From positions 18,034 to 82,033 of the forward strand of contig DATKZI010000044.1 of NCBI GenBank assembly GCA_035528035.1: DNA of 64,000 bases, given 5' to 3'. Within the stretch, counting starts at the first letter, position 1. Each line of letters opens with the position of its first letter. Source of the stretch: Candidatus Bathyarchaeia archaeon (GTDB lineage: Archaea; Asgardarchaeota; Heimdallarchaeia; JABLTI01). Positions 10,506 to 19,050 of this stretch are shown here, in pieces. The position numbers and the translations under genes were made by a program. The notes under the pieces were generated by a model, which saw only the letters and a program-made list of their open reading frames with translations, had not been told where the DNA came from and did no database searches.

Positions 10506-11441
10506 ATGTCTAAGAAATCATTTCTCGGTAGGAGCATTGTCTCTATAAAAGATTTAACAAGAGAAGACTTGGATATTATTTTTGAAGAAGCTAAAATAAT
10601 GGAGACAGTCATAAAATCTAACAAAAAACCTCTTGATGGTAAAATCTTGGCAGCACTTTTTATGGAGCCAAGTACCAGAACAAGATTGAGTTTTGAGTCA
10701 GCTATGTTAAGACTTGGTGGATCTGTTATTAGTGTTTCTGACCCCAAATCTTCTTCTGCAGCAAAAGGTGAAAGTCTCACAGACACTATCAGAACTGTAG
10801 AAAATTATTGTGATATTATAGCAATGAGACATCCAATGGAAGGTTCAGCTAGACTTGCAGCAGAATTCTCAAAAGTGCCTATTATTAATGGTGGCAGTGG
10901 TGCTGAAGAACATCCAACTCAAGCATTACTAGATTTGTATACCTTGCTTAAGGAATTAAAGCAAATTGAAGGTAAACGAATAGCTATGGTTGGTGATTTA
11001 AAATATGGTCGAACAGTTCACTCTTTATCATACATCCTTTCAAAATATAAGAATGTTAAAATTGATTTTGTTTCACCACCGACCCTTGAAATTAGTGATG
11101 AAATAAAATCCGACTTGAAAGATGCAAAACTAGAATTCTTTGAAACAGAATCTTTACAAGATATTATTTCTGATGTAGATGCTATTTATATGACAAGAAT
11201 TCAGAAAGAAAGATTTGCAGAAGAAGCTGAATATGCAAAAGTCAAGGATGCTTATGTTCTTAATAAGAAATTATTGGAAAATGCTAAAGGACCAATACCA
11301 GTTCTCCATCCTTTACCAAGGGTCAGTGAAATTGATTATGATGTTGACGATACAGTTCATGCAGTTTATTTCAAGCAGATGTATAATGGAGTAATCGTTA
11401 GGATGGCTCTACTCAATTTAATTCTTGGAGGAAAAATCTAG
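10506..11441 (+). CDS. pyrB: Aspartate carbamoyltransferase, catalytic subunit
   Basis: Motifs FMEPSTRTRLSFE, HPTQALLD and HPLPRV are present. Confidence 0.92.
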   Translation: MSKKSFLGRSIVSIKDLTREDLDIIFEEAKIMETVIKSNKKPLDGKILAALFMEPSTRTRLSFESAMLRLGGSVISVSDPKSSSAAKGESLTDTIRTVENYCDIIAMRHPMEGSARLAAEFSKVPIINGGSGAEEHPTQALLDLYTLLKELKQIEGKRIAMVGDLKYGRTVHSLSYILSKYKNVKIDFVSPPTLEISDEIKSDLKDAKLEFFETESLQDIISDVDAIYMTRIQKERFAEEAEYAKVKDAYVLNKKLLENAKGPIPVLHPLPRVSEIDYDVDDTVHAVYFKQMYNGVIVRMALLNLILGGKI

Positions 11442-11450
11442 AGTTAGGAT

Positions 11451-11963
11451 GTGAAAAATATGGAAAGTACAGTAGATTCTAACAATGAATTAAAAGTATC
11501 AAAAATCAAAGATGGAACAGTAATTGATCATATAAAAGCAGGTGTTGCTCTCATCGTTCTTGAAATGCTTGGAATAACAGGACGAGAAGGAACAGTCGCT
11601 ACATTATCTATGAATGTTCCTAGTAAAAAGAAAGGTAAAAAAGACATCGTAAAAATCGAAAGTAGAATTCTTGATAGATATGAAATCAATCAAATAGCAC
11701 TTATCAGTCCTAACGCTACGATCAATGAAATAAAAGATTTCAATGTGGTAAATAAATTCCAAGTAAAATTACCTGAAATTGTTATCGGTTTTCCCAAATG
11801 TATTAATCCAAAATGTATAACAAATGCTCGTGAACCTCAAAAACAAACCTATTTTGTTAAAAGTACTGAGCCATTAAGGATTCGTTGCAAATATTGTAAT
11901 ACTGATATGGATCAAAATGATGTAATAAATCAATTAATGAAATTTCAAGGTATAACACAATAG
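11451..11963 (+). CDS. pyrI: Aspartate carbamoyltransferase, regulatory subunit
   Basis: LKVSKIKDGTVIDHI and the C-terminal zinc domain CINPKCITN...RCKYCN are present. The gene is adjacent to pyrB. ATG 11460, preceded by AGGA, is an alternative start. Confidence 0.9.
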   Translation: MKNMESTVDSNNELKVSKIKDGTVIDHIKAGVALIVLEMLGITGREGTVATLSMNVPSKKKGKKDIVKIESRILDRYEINQIALISPNATINEIKDFNVVNKFQVKLPEIVIGFPKCINPKCITNAREPQKQTYFVKSTEPLRIRCKYCNTDMDQNDVINQLMKFQGITQ

Positions 11964-11980
11964 CTATAAGAAATAGAGAG

Positions 11981-12010
11981 ATTCCCTTAAGGGGAATTTT
12001 TTTTCTTTTT
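11981..12010. terminator. Hairpin plus T-tract between the convergent pyrI and L38e genes
   Basis: ATTCCC-TTAAG-GGGAAT is followed by TTTTTTTTCTTTTT. Confidence 0.45.
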
Positions 12011-12012
12011 GT

Positions 12013-12207
12013 TTAAAAGTCGACAATTGGAACTGAAATTCTAGCTCTGATAGCTTCAGCTTCATTTACTGAAACTTTAATAGTGTATAATTTGTGTTTT
12101 GTTCGGAATTTCATTTTTACTATGTCGCCTATTCTCTTCACTCTACATTCAGTAGCTTGATTAATTATAGCATCAAGTTTTGATAAGTCTTTTATTTCTT
12201 CAGGCAT
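12013..12207 (-). CDS. rpl38e: Ribosomal protein L38e-like
   Basis: This 64-aa protein reads MPEEIKDL...VKMKFRTKHKLYTIKVSVNEAEAIRARI. From memory, it aligns with eukaryotic RPL38 (MPRKIEEIKDF...[29 protein letters not shown]). Confidence 0.55.
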   Translation of the reverse strand: MPEEIKDLSKLDAIINQATECRVKRIGDIVKMKFRTKHKLYTIKVSVNEAEAIRARISVPIVDF

Positions 12208-12336
12208 AATATTCCCTTCATGTTTACTTTATTAATTCTAATCGTTTTCGATTTCTGATTAGTATATAAGATTTTGTTTTATGTAGAATATTCAATACAA
12301 AAAGATATCTAAAGGAGAGATAAAAAAATTGCTTTT

Positions 12337-13617
12337 CTAGAGCAATTTTTCTCCTTCTGTAATATCTTGCATTACCAAACCTGAAATCATTTTTGGATAG
12401 AAATCGGTTGATTTTTGTGGCATACGTTCATGCTTCTTAGAAGTATCTAACACTTGAGCTGCTTTTGTGGAGTTCATAATAACAGCTGTTTTTGCTTTGC
12501 CTTTATCGACTAGTTCAAGTGCTTCCTTTACCCATCTTATATAAAAGATATCTTCATCGATTTTTAATTCTTCAGTTTTTAATAAACCATTGAATAAGAC
12601 TTCTCTTACAATTACAACATCTAAAGTTTTATAAGATTTAGCATGTTTTTCTTTGATAAATTTATCAACGCTTTTTATATCTTTTAACACAAGCCCGTAT
12701 GCTTGCCCTTCTGTATAAATAGTAAAAGCGTATTGTTTGTGTTCATCCATAAATGATTGAATTTGATCTTTAGACAATTCAGTTACTGTAAAATATTCTT
12801 TAATTTCTTTCCAATTATCAGTAGTAATTACATGATGTGCAAGAACTCTATGTGTTGGAAGAATTATTAATCCCTTATCTTGAACAGGTACTAATAAAGT
12901 CATTCTGAAATTAGCAGCTTCATCTTCAGTCCACCCTTTACGTGTTGTTCGTAGTTCATCACGATATCCACAAGCAGTTTCGTAACGATGATGACCATCA
13001 GCTATGACGACTTGACCGGGAGGGATTTCAAATACAGCTTGAATGATTTTGATTGTTTCAGGGGCATCTATCTTCCAGACTCTATTACGTACTCCTAAAT
13101 CATCAAAAACATCAAGCTCAGGTGTAGTAGTAGATACTTTGTCAAAAATTTTAATTGTAATGAGCTCAGGATCGTTATAAAGCATAAAACCCGGTTCAAG
13201 GAATTTTTGGGTAGCCATAAGCATATTAAGGCGATCAATTTTTGGTCCTTTATGTGTCCATTCATGAGGAAGAACAATATCTTCATCAAAATGATGTAAT
13301 TTTACTGCAGCAAAAAATCCTTTTCGAGTATATTTTTTACCCCCTATTTCAAAATCTTGGAAGTAAACGTACAATCCTAATTTTTCATCTTTACTGAAAA
13401 TTCCTTCATCAAACCATTTATCCAACCTTTGACGTGAGATTTCATAACGATTTCCCTCAATAGGAAGTGTTAGATGACAATAATTGTAATCAGATTTAGC
13501 ATAATATTTCTCTTGCATTTCAGCAGTTATTTTATCATACGGCTGAGCTACAAGATCTTCTAACTTACCAGCTTTTGGTGTATAACGAATACCTCTGAAA
13601 GGTCTTATTTCTACCAT
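12337..13617 (-). CDS. DUF1015 family protein
   Basis: The N-terminus MVEIRPFRGIRY, the central ADGHHRYE motif and the length of about 420 aa are typical of DUF1015. Confidence 0.7.
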   Translation of the reverse strand: MVEIRPFRGIRYTPKAGKLEDLVAQPYDKITAEMQEKYYAKSDYNYCHLTLPIEGNRYEISRQRLDKWFDEGIFSKDEKLGLYVYFQDFEIGGKKYTRKGFFAAVKLHHFDEDIVLPHEWTHKGPKIDRLNMLMATQKFLEPGFMLYNDPELITIKIFDKVSTTTPELDVFDDLGVRNRVWKIDAPETIKIIQAVFEIPPGQVVIADGHHRYETACGYRDELRTTRKGWTEDEAANFRMTLLVPVQDKGLIILPTHRVLAHHVITTDNWKEIKEYFTVTELSKDQIQSFMDEHKQYAFTIYTEGQAYGLVLKDIKSVDKFIKEKHAKSYKTLDVVIVREVLFNGLLKTEELKIDEDIFYIRWVKEALELVDKGKAKTAVIMNSTKAAQVLDTSKKHERMPQKSTDFYPKMISGLVMQDITEGEKLL

Positions 13618-13652
13618 TTATTTTTAAGCCACCTTTGTAGAAAAATTATTGA

Positions 13653-13679
13653 GAAGCTAAAGCTTTTTTCTTTAGCTTC
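13653..13679 (-). terminator. Perfect 10-bp stem hairpin downstream of the serA-like gene
   Basis: The hairpin is GAAGCTAAAG-CTTTTTT-CTTTAGCTTC. It lies between the serA-like stop (13717) and the DUF1015 start (13617). Confidence 0.4.
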
Positions 13680-13716
13680 AAATTTAATTTCTGTTTGTAA
13701 TGAAAAAATAGAATTA

Positions 13717-14628
13717 TTAAAGCTTTTTCAATTCTTCGATGACTACTTCAGCCACTTGTACTCCTGCACGTTCTTGTCCTTCAGCAGTTTGAGCACCGAT
13801 ATGTGGACTACCAATGACTTCTTCAAGTTCGAGTAGTTTCTTTGAGTATTCGTATTCAATTGGTTCCTGTTCCCAAACGTCTAAAGCTGCACCTCTTACT
13901 TTGCCACTTTTTATTGCTTCGAAAAGTGCTTTTTCATCTATTGTTCCACCACGAGAACAATTGATAATATAAACACCATCTTTCATTTTAGCAATAACTT
14001 CAGCATTTATGATATGCTTAGTGCTTGGTAAAAGTGGTAAATGTAAAGATATGAAATCAGCATTTGTGAATACATCATCTATCTCGCATTGATCTACACA
14101 TGCTTCATGAATTTCTACGACATCACAACCAATAATTTTCATACCTAATGCATGACATTTTCTCGCAAGAGCTGAACCAATACGACCACAGCCAACAATG
14201 CCTAATGTTTTACCAAGTAATTCAGAACCTTCAAGCTCTTTCTTAATCCATTTACCTTCACGTAATGAGGTAGTTGCTTTAACTACAGATCTAGCTAGAG
14301 CAAACATATAACTTAAAGCTAATTCTGCAACAGTATCAGTAGTTGCATTAGGAGTGTTTCTTACAATGATTCCACGTTGTTCGCATTTTGCTACATCGAC
14401 ATTATCTAATCCAATGCCAGCTCTACCGACCACTTTGAGGTTTTTAGCAGCTTCGAGTAGTTCACCTTTAACTTTGGTGGCAGATCTAATAACTATAGCA
14501 TCATATTCACCAATAATCTTAGGTAAATCTTCTTTTGGTATATCCCAAGCTTCTTTAATTTCATAACCAGTTTCTTTGAGTAATTTTATACCCTCGGAAG
14601 CAATTTTATCTGTAATTATTACCTTCAT
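13717..14628 (-). CDS. serA: D-3-phosphoglycerate dehydrogenase-like 2-hydroxyacid dehydrogenase (short form, no ACT domain)
   Basis: It has the NAD Rossmann motif GIVGCGRIGSALA and the catalytic region SRGGTID...SPHIGAQT. I chose ATG 14626-14628, which has GGAG 8 nt upstream and avoids a 34-nt overlap with the upstream gene. The track ORF extends to 14664. Confidence 0.8.
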   Translation of the reverse strand: MKVIITDKIASEGIKLLKETGYEIKEAWDIPKEDLPKIIGEYDAIVIRSATKVKGELLEAAKNLKVVGRAGIGLDNVDVAKCEQRGIIVRNTPNATTDTVAELALSYMFALARSVVKATTSLREGKWIKKELEGSELLGKTLGIVGCGRIGSALARKCHALGMKIIGCDVVEIHEACVDQCEIDDVFTNADFISLHLPLLPSTKHIINAEVIAKMKDGVYIINCSRGGTIDEKALFEAIKSGKVRGAALDVWEQEPIEYEYSKKLLELEEVIGSPHIGAQTAEGQERAGVQVAEVVIEELKKL

Positions 14629-14630
14629 TA

Positions 14631-15701
14631 TTATAGCTCCCAAATTTCTTCTATGTGTCCACAAACTTCTTTGATATCAGCTACTGTCCATTCGCCCATA
14701 TGACCAATTCTGAAAGTTTTCTCTTTTAGATCACCATAACCATTGGAAATCATTATATGACGTTTAGCTAATTCCTTGTTGAGTTCATCAACACTTTTGC
14801 CTCGAGTGTTTTTGATTGTGGAAACAGTTAATGATTCATAGCCTGGTTCTGGAAACATTTCAAAATATTTCTTAGCCCAGCCTTGAGTCCATTTAGCCAT
14901 TTCAAGATGTCTTTGATATCTTTTCTCAGCTGTTTCTTCGAGCATCTTATTGAGCTGGTAATCAAGCGCATAAAGTAAAGAGATATTTGGGGTTGTAGGT
15001 GTTTGACTTTTCTTAACATAGTAATCGTAAATGCTTTTTATATCTGTATAAGATCCTCTATTGGGAACTTCCTCAGCTCTTTTAAGAGCTTCTTCTGAGA
15101 GAAAACCAATAGCTAATCCAGGTGGTAATGCATATGCTTTTTGAGTTGATGCATAAATCATATCACATTGAATCTTTTCTGGTTCTACTTTATCTCCACC
15201 CATAGCTGAAACTGAATCAATTACATACATTACTTCGGGGTGCTCTTTCTTAATAGCTTTACCAATCTCATAAATTGGATTTCTTACACCGGTGCTTGTT
15301 TCATTATGACAAATAGCAACAGTGTCAAATTTACCTGAATCAAGTTTGTCTAAAATCATTTCAGGTTTGATAGCTTTACCCCATTCTATATTAATTGTTT
15401 CAATTTCTTTTCCACAAGATTCTATGGTTTCCGCACATCTTTTTGAAAATGCACCATTGACACAACATAAAGCTCGTTCTTTAACGAGTGATCGACCTGT
15501 AATGTCCATAAACAGAGTTCCTGATGCAGTTATTGCTGTAGCCCATTGTTTTGTATCATGGAATTTTTGTAATTTCTCAATGATACCTGTATATAGAACA
15601 GTAAACTCTTTTGGTCGATGACCTATAAGTGGTTTTGCTTGTTGTAATAGGACGTCTGGAAATACTTCAGTCGGCCCAGGAATAAATAATCTTTTTCTCA
15701 A
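14631..15701 (-). CDS. Class V aminotransferase (phosphoserine / serine-glyoxylate aminotransferase type)
   Basis: The N-terminus is LFIPGPTEV and the PLP-lysine region is ASTQKAYALPPGL. The gene lies directly upstream of serA. Confidence 0.8.
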   Translation of the reverse strand: MRKRLFIPGPTEVFPDVLLQQAKPLIGHRPKEFTVLYTGIIEKLQKFHDTKQWATAITASGTLFMDITGRSLVKERALCCVNGAFSKRCAETIESCGKEIETINIEWGKAIKPEMILDKLDSGKFDTVAICHNETSTGVRNPIYEIGKAIKKEHPEVMYVIDSVSAMGGDKVEPEKIQCDMIYASTQKAYALPPGLAIGFLSEEALKRAEEVPNRGSYTDIKSIYDYYVKKSQTPTTPNISLLYALDYQLNKMLEETAEKRYQRHLEMAKWTQGWAKKYFEMFPEPGYESLTVSTIKNTRGKSVDELNKELAKRHIMISNGYGDLKEKTFRIGHMGEWTVADIKEVCGHIEEIWEL

Positions 15702-15811
15702 TAATTTTTTCCTCCAATCAACTCATTACTTATGAGTGATAGGCAAAGCTAAAATAATTTCTTCTTACTTAAGAAATTTTTCCCTATTTGTGAAAATTCG
15801 AGTAGCTTTAC

Positions 15812-16918
15812 TTAATCCATTTTATAACCCCACGCTTTAAAACAAAAGCTCCATTTATCGTATAATTTTTTCTTTATTCCTTCGTCAATTTTGTGTTTGT
15901 TAGGAATGTAACTCCTTTGGGTTGCTATATATTCCTCTAATTGAGGTTTTGCTTCCTCGAAACCTTCAAGGCTTAATAATTGATAAATTTGTTCAATTGT
16001 TGCAAGTGGATTACTGTAGAGTTGATGATAACTGATTTCAATATAATTTTCTTTTGGAATAAGATCCTTCTCCTCGAAAAATTTCTTGTAAAGATTGGTA
16101 TATGTTTCAATAATAAACTCATCTTCATCAGCTTTTGCTTCTTGGAGATAAAAATAAGGAAATTGATTAGCATACATTAATTTCGTGGAGGAATAAACAT
16201 TCAGTGGATTTCTATGTATGTGAATAAACTTAGCATGAGGAAATAATTCCAATAAGAGCTTTATTCGTGCAGTACTTGGAGGATTTTTCAAAACTAATCT
16301 TTTACCTCCTGAATGATAAGTTATCTTCTTAAGATAATAGAGATAAATCCTACGCCACTTGTTGATAATTCTCTCAGATACACCTTCAAATGTACAATAC
16401 TGTTTGAAATAATTTCTTTCTTTAGGGAAACTTACTCCATGATATTGTGAATATGGTGTGAAATTGATTAGTCCAAATTCTTCTTCGGTTGGTTCATCGA
16501 CTCTTAGATAGACATTATCCATTCGTCGTTTTGTTGGCATCGATTTTTGCACTGCGTTTTTGAATAATTTTTCTCCACTGATAAACATCCATGGCATGAA
16601 AACTTTGAAATTTGTACAATACGCTGAATTATTATTTCGCGTCATTAACATATGTAAGTAAGTTGTTCCACTACGCCAGTGTCCTAAAATGATAATAGGT
16701 GATTGAATTATTTCCGTCTTTTTAATCTTCTTATTATATTTTAGTCGTTCATATACTCTAAAAGGAAAGGTAGATAGAATTATTAAACTTATAAAAAATG
16801 CTCGTGGCCAATATCGAATACTTATACGAAAACGATTCAACCACAAAAGCTGCAACCAATTTCTTAAAGAACTTCCTACAAGTGGTTGCTCATTTACCTT
16901 TAAAGCCCGAATTTTCAT
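15812..16918 (-). CDS. Sulfotransferase family protein with an N-terminal hydrophobic segment
   Basis: It has a PAPS 5'-phosphosulfate-binding-loop-like motif, GHWRSGTTYLH, and an overall sulfotransferase-like pattern (RLVLKNPPST). Confidence 0.65.
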   Translation of the reverse strand: MKIRALKVNEQPLVGSSLRNWLQLLWLNRFRISIRYWPRAFFISLIILSTFPFRVYERLKYNKKIKKTEIIQSPIIILGHWRSGTTYLHMLMTRNNNSAYCTNFKVFMPWMFISGEKLFKNAVQKSMPTKRRMDNVYLRVDEPTEEEFGLINFTPYSQYHGVSFPKERNYFKQYCTFEGVSERIINKWRRIYLYYLKKITYHSGGKRLVLKNPPSTARIKLLLELFPHAKFIHIHRNPLNVYSSTKLMYANQFPYFYLQEAKADEDEFIIETYTNLYKKFFEEKDLIPKENYIEISYHQLYSNPLATIEQIYQLLSLEGFEEAKPQLEEYIATQRSYIPNKHKIDEGIKKKLYDKWSFCFKAWGYKMD

Positions 16919-17184
16919 TGATCGTTAACCTACTAAATTTAAATTAATCATTTAATGTTTATTTATAGAGGAGCCAACTCTATAAGAGATATCTAATTGT
17001 AAAGTTAGATAAATATTATATATAATTTTTCCTTTTATATTCACTAAATAACTCAAAAATTATAAGAAAATATTATAATTTAAAAGAGAGATATTTTCAG
17101 TAGAAAGATTCCTATTTATTTAGGAAGATAAAAAATATATTTAATAAAAAACATATGAAATATAGTATATTGTGGGTGATAAAA

Positions 17185-17433
17185 ATGGCCAGTGCTTATG
17201 TTTTAATAAATACCGAGATTGGCGGTGAAGAAGATGTCATTGCCCAATTGAAGAATATGAAAGAGGTTGAAGAAGTTTCAGTAGTTTATGGTGTTTATGA
17301 TATTGTTGCTAAAATTACTTCTGATACAATGGAGAACTTAAAGGAAATTATTACAACCAAAGTTAGACACTTGAATAAAGTTCGTTCTACTATGACCATG
17401 ATAGCTGCTGAATCAAGAATCATCAAAAAGTGA
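17185..17433 (+). CDS. Stand-alone Lrp/AsnC ligand-binding (RAM) domain protein
   Basis: The sequence is MASAYVLINTEIGGEEDVIAQLKNMKEVEEVSVVYGVYDIVAKI...VRSTMTMIA. I chose ATG 17185 because the 10 upstream residues in the track ORF look non-native. Confidence 0.7.
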   Translation: MASAYVLINTEIGGEEDVIAQLKNMKEVEEVSVVYGVYDIVAKITSDTMENLKEIITTKVRHLNKVRSTMTMIAAESRIIKK

Positions 17434-17587
17434 AGGGACAACTCTTCATCTCTTCTTTTTTATTTACTAATTTTTTATTATATAAAAAAACTTTTTGCGA
17501 AAAGAAAGAAAAATAATTCTTGTGAGATAATATTATCTCACTTTTTATTTTGCTGAAAAAGCTTAGACATATTAGCAAATTTTATGT

Positions 17588-17821
17588 TTATTCTTGACTA
17601 GCAATCATAGTCATAGTTGATCTTACTTTGTTTAAATGTCGAACTTTTGAAGTGATGATTTCTTTCAAGACTTCCATAGTATCTGCTTGGAGCTTAACAA
17701 TTACGTCGTAAACACCATAAACAACGCTTACTTCTACTACTTCTTTCATTGCTTTTAGTTGTTCAACAACTTCTTGTTCTCCACCAATTTCGGAATTAAT
17801 AAGTACATATGCTTTTGCCAC
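17588..17821 (-). CDS. Stand-alone Lrp/AsnC ligand-binding (RAM) domain protein, a paralogue of 17185..17433
   Basis: The sequence is MAKAYVLINSEIGGEQEVVEQLKAMKEVVEVSVVYGVYDVIVKL...VRSTMTMIA. It starts with GTG. Confidence 0.7.
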   Translation of the reverse strand: MAKAYVLINSEIGGEQEVVEQLKAMKEVVEVSVVYGVYDVIVKLQADTMEVLKEIITSKVRHLNKVRSTMTMIASQE

Positions 17822-17939
17822 GTTAAATCAAACTCCTAATGAGCTTATTATCAATCTGAAAGAAAAGTGTTTTGATTTATTAGAGTTTTCTAAGGACTAA
17901 ACTTTGATTAAATATTTCTATTTTTTCATTTTTTAATTT

Positions 17940-18926
17940 TTAGGGGTTAAAAATTTCAGGATTGATACAGTTAGGAGGGATTTTACCAGCTAATACTGCT
18001 AAGAGATTTTCAGCTACGATCATTCCCATCTTTGTTCTTGTATCAATGGTAGCTGTACCGATATGAGCTGTTACAATTACATTATCAAGATCAATTAGTC
18101 CTGCTGTTAATTCAGGTTCATGTTCATAAACGTCCAATGCAGCTCCAGCAATTTTTTCTTCCTTCATGCATTTCACTAATGCTTTTTCATCAATTACTAG
18201 ACCACGTGAGGTGTTTATTAAATAAGCAGTGTCTTTCATTAAATCTATTTCTTTTTCACCTATGAGATATCTAGTTTCATCTGTCAATGGAACATGTAAA
18301 GTAACAAAATCGGAATTTTTCAATAATTCTTCTAGAGAAACAAATTTCGCTTGATAATTTTCTTCAAGATCTACATTACGATTTCTATTGGTATAGAGAA
18401 TCTTCATATTGAATCCTTTAGCTGCTCTTTGGGCAACTGCGGAACCTATACGTCCAGCACCTATAATTCCCAAAGTCTTTTCATAGATATCTCCACCCAA
18501 ATGTAATAATGGGCCCCAACCTTTGAATTTGTTTTCTCGAGTAAATTTATCACTTTCAACTATCCTTCGAGCAATACTTAAGAGTAGAGCCATAGTGAGG
18601 TCAGCTGTTGTTTCGGTTAATACCCCTGGTGTATTTGTTACTGGTATCTTTCGTTCAGTAGCTGATTTTACATCTATGTTATTATAACCGACTGCATAAT
18701 TAGCGATTAATTTTAATTGTTTGCCAGCATAGTCCATAATTTCAGTATCAATGGTATCAGTAAGTAAACAAATTAATACCTCTTTGCCTTTTACCCCTTC
18801 CATAATTTCTTCCTTTGTTAATACACGATCTTCTTGATTCATTTCAAGATCAATATCATGAGATAAAATATAATCAATAGCTTTTTGAGGTATTTTTCTT
18901 GTTAAGAAAACACTAGTTTTAGGCAT
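17940..18926 (-). CDS. Glyoxylate/hydroxypyruvate reductase (D-2-hydroxyacid dehydrogenase family)
   Basis: Motifs GIIGAGRIGSAVA, SRGLVIDE and TAHIGTAT are present. The preferred start is ATG 18924-18926, with GGAG upstream. The track ORF starts at 18944. Confidence 0.8.
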   Translation of the reverse strand: MPKTSVFLTRKIPQKAIDYILSHDIDLEMNQEDRVLTKEEIMEGVKGKEVLICLLTDTIDTEIMDYAGKQLKLIANYAVGYNNIDVKSATERKIPVTNTPGVLTETTADLTMALLLSIARRIVESDKFTRENKFKGWGPLLHLGGDIYEKTLGIIGAGRIGSAVAQRAAKGFNMKILYTNRNRNVDLEENYQAKFVSLEELLKNSDFVTLHVPLTDETRYLIGEKEIDLMKDTAYLINTSRGLVIDEKALVKCMKEEKIAGAALDVYEHEPELTAGLIDLDNVIVTAHIGTATIDTRTKMGMIVAENLLAVLAGKIPPNCINPEIFNP

Positions 18927-19050
18927 TTCTATAAACTCCAGCAATCTTCATATGACTTCCTAATATTTTATAAATCTTTTATGTTAAATGGAATACATAA
19001 CTAATGCTTTTAAATAATGATTATTTTATAATATAATATTAAAATCTCAT

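Noticed and set aside
10481-10786. A 101-aa minus-strand ORF overlapping the 5' end of pyrB.
   Set aside because: It is antisense to a high-confidence pyrB frame and has no motifs.
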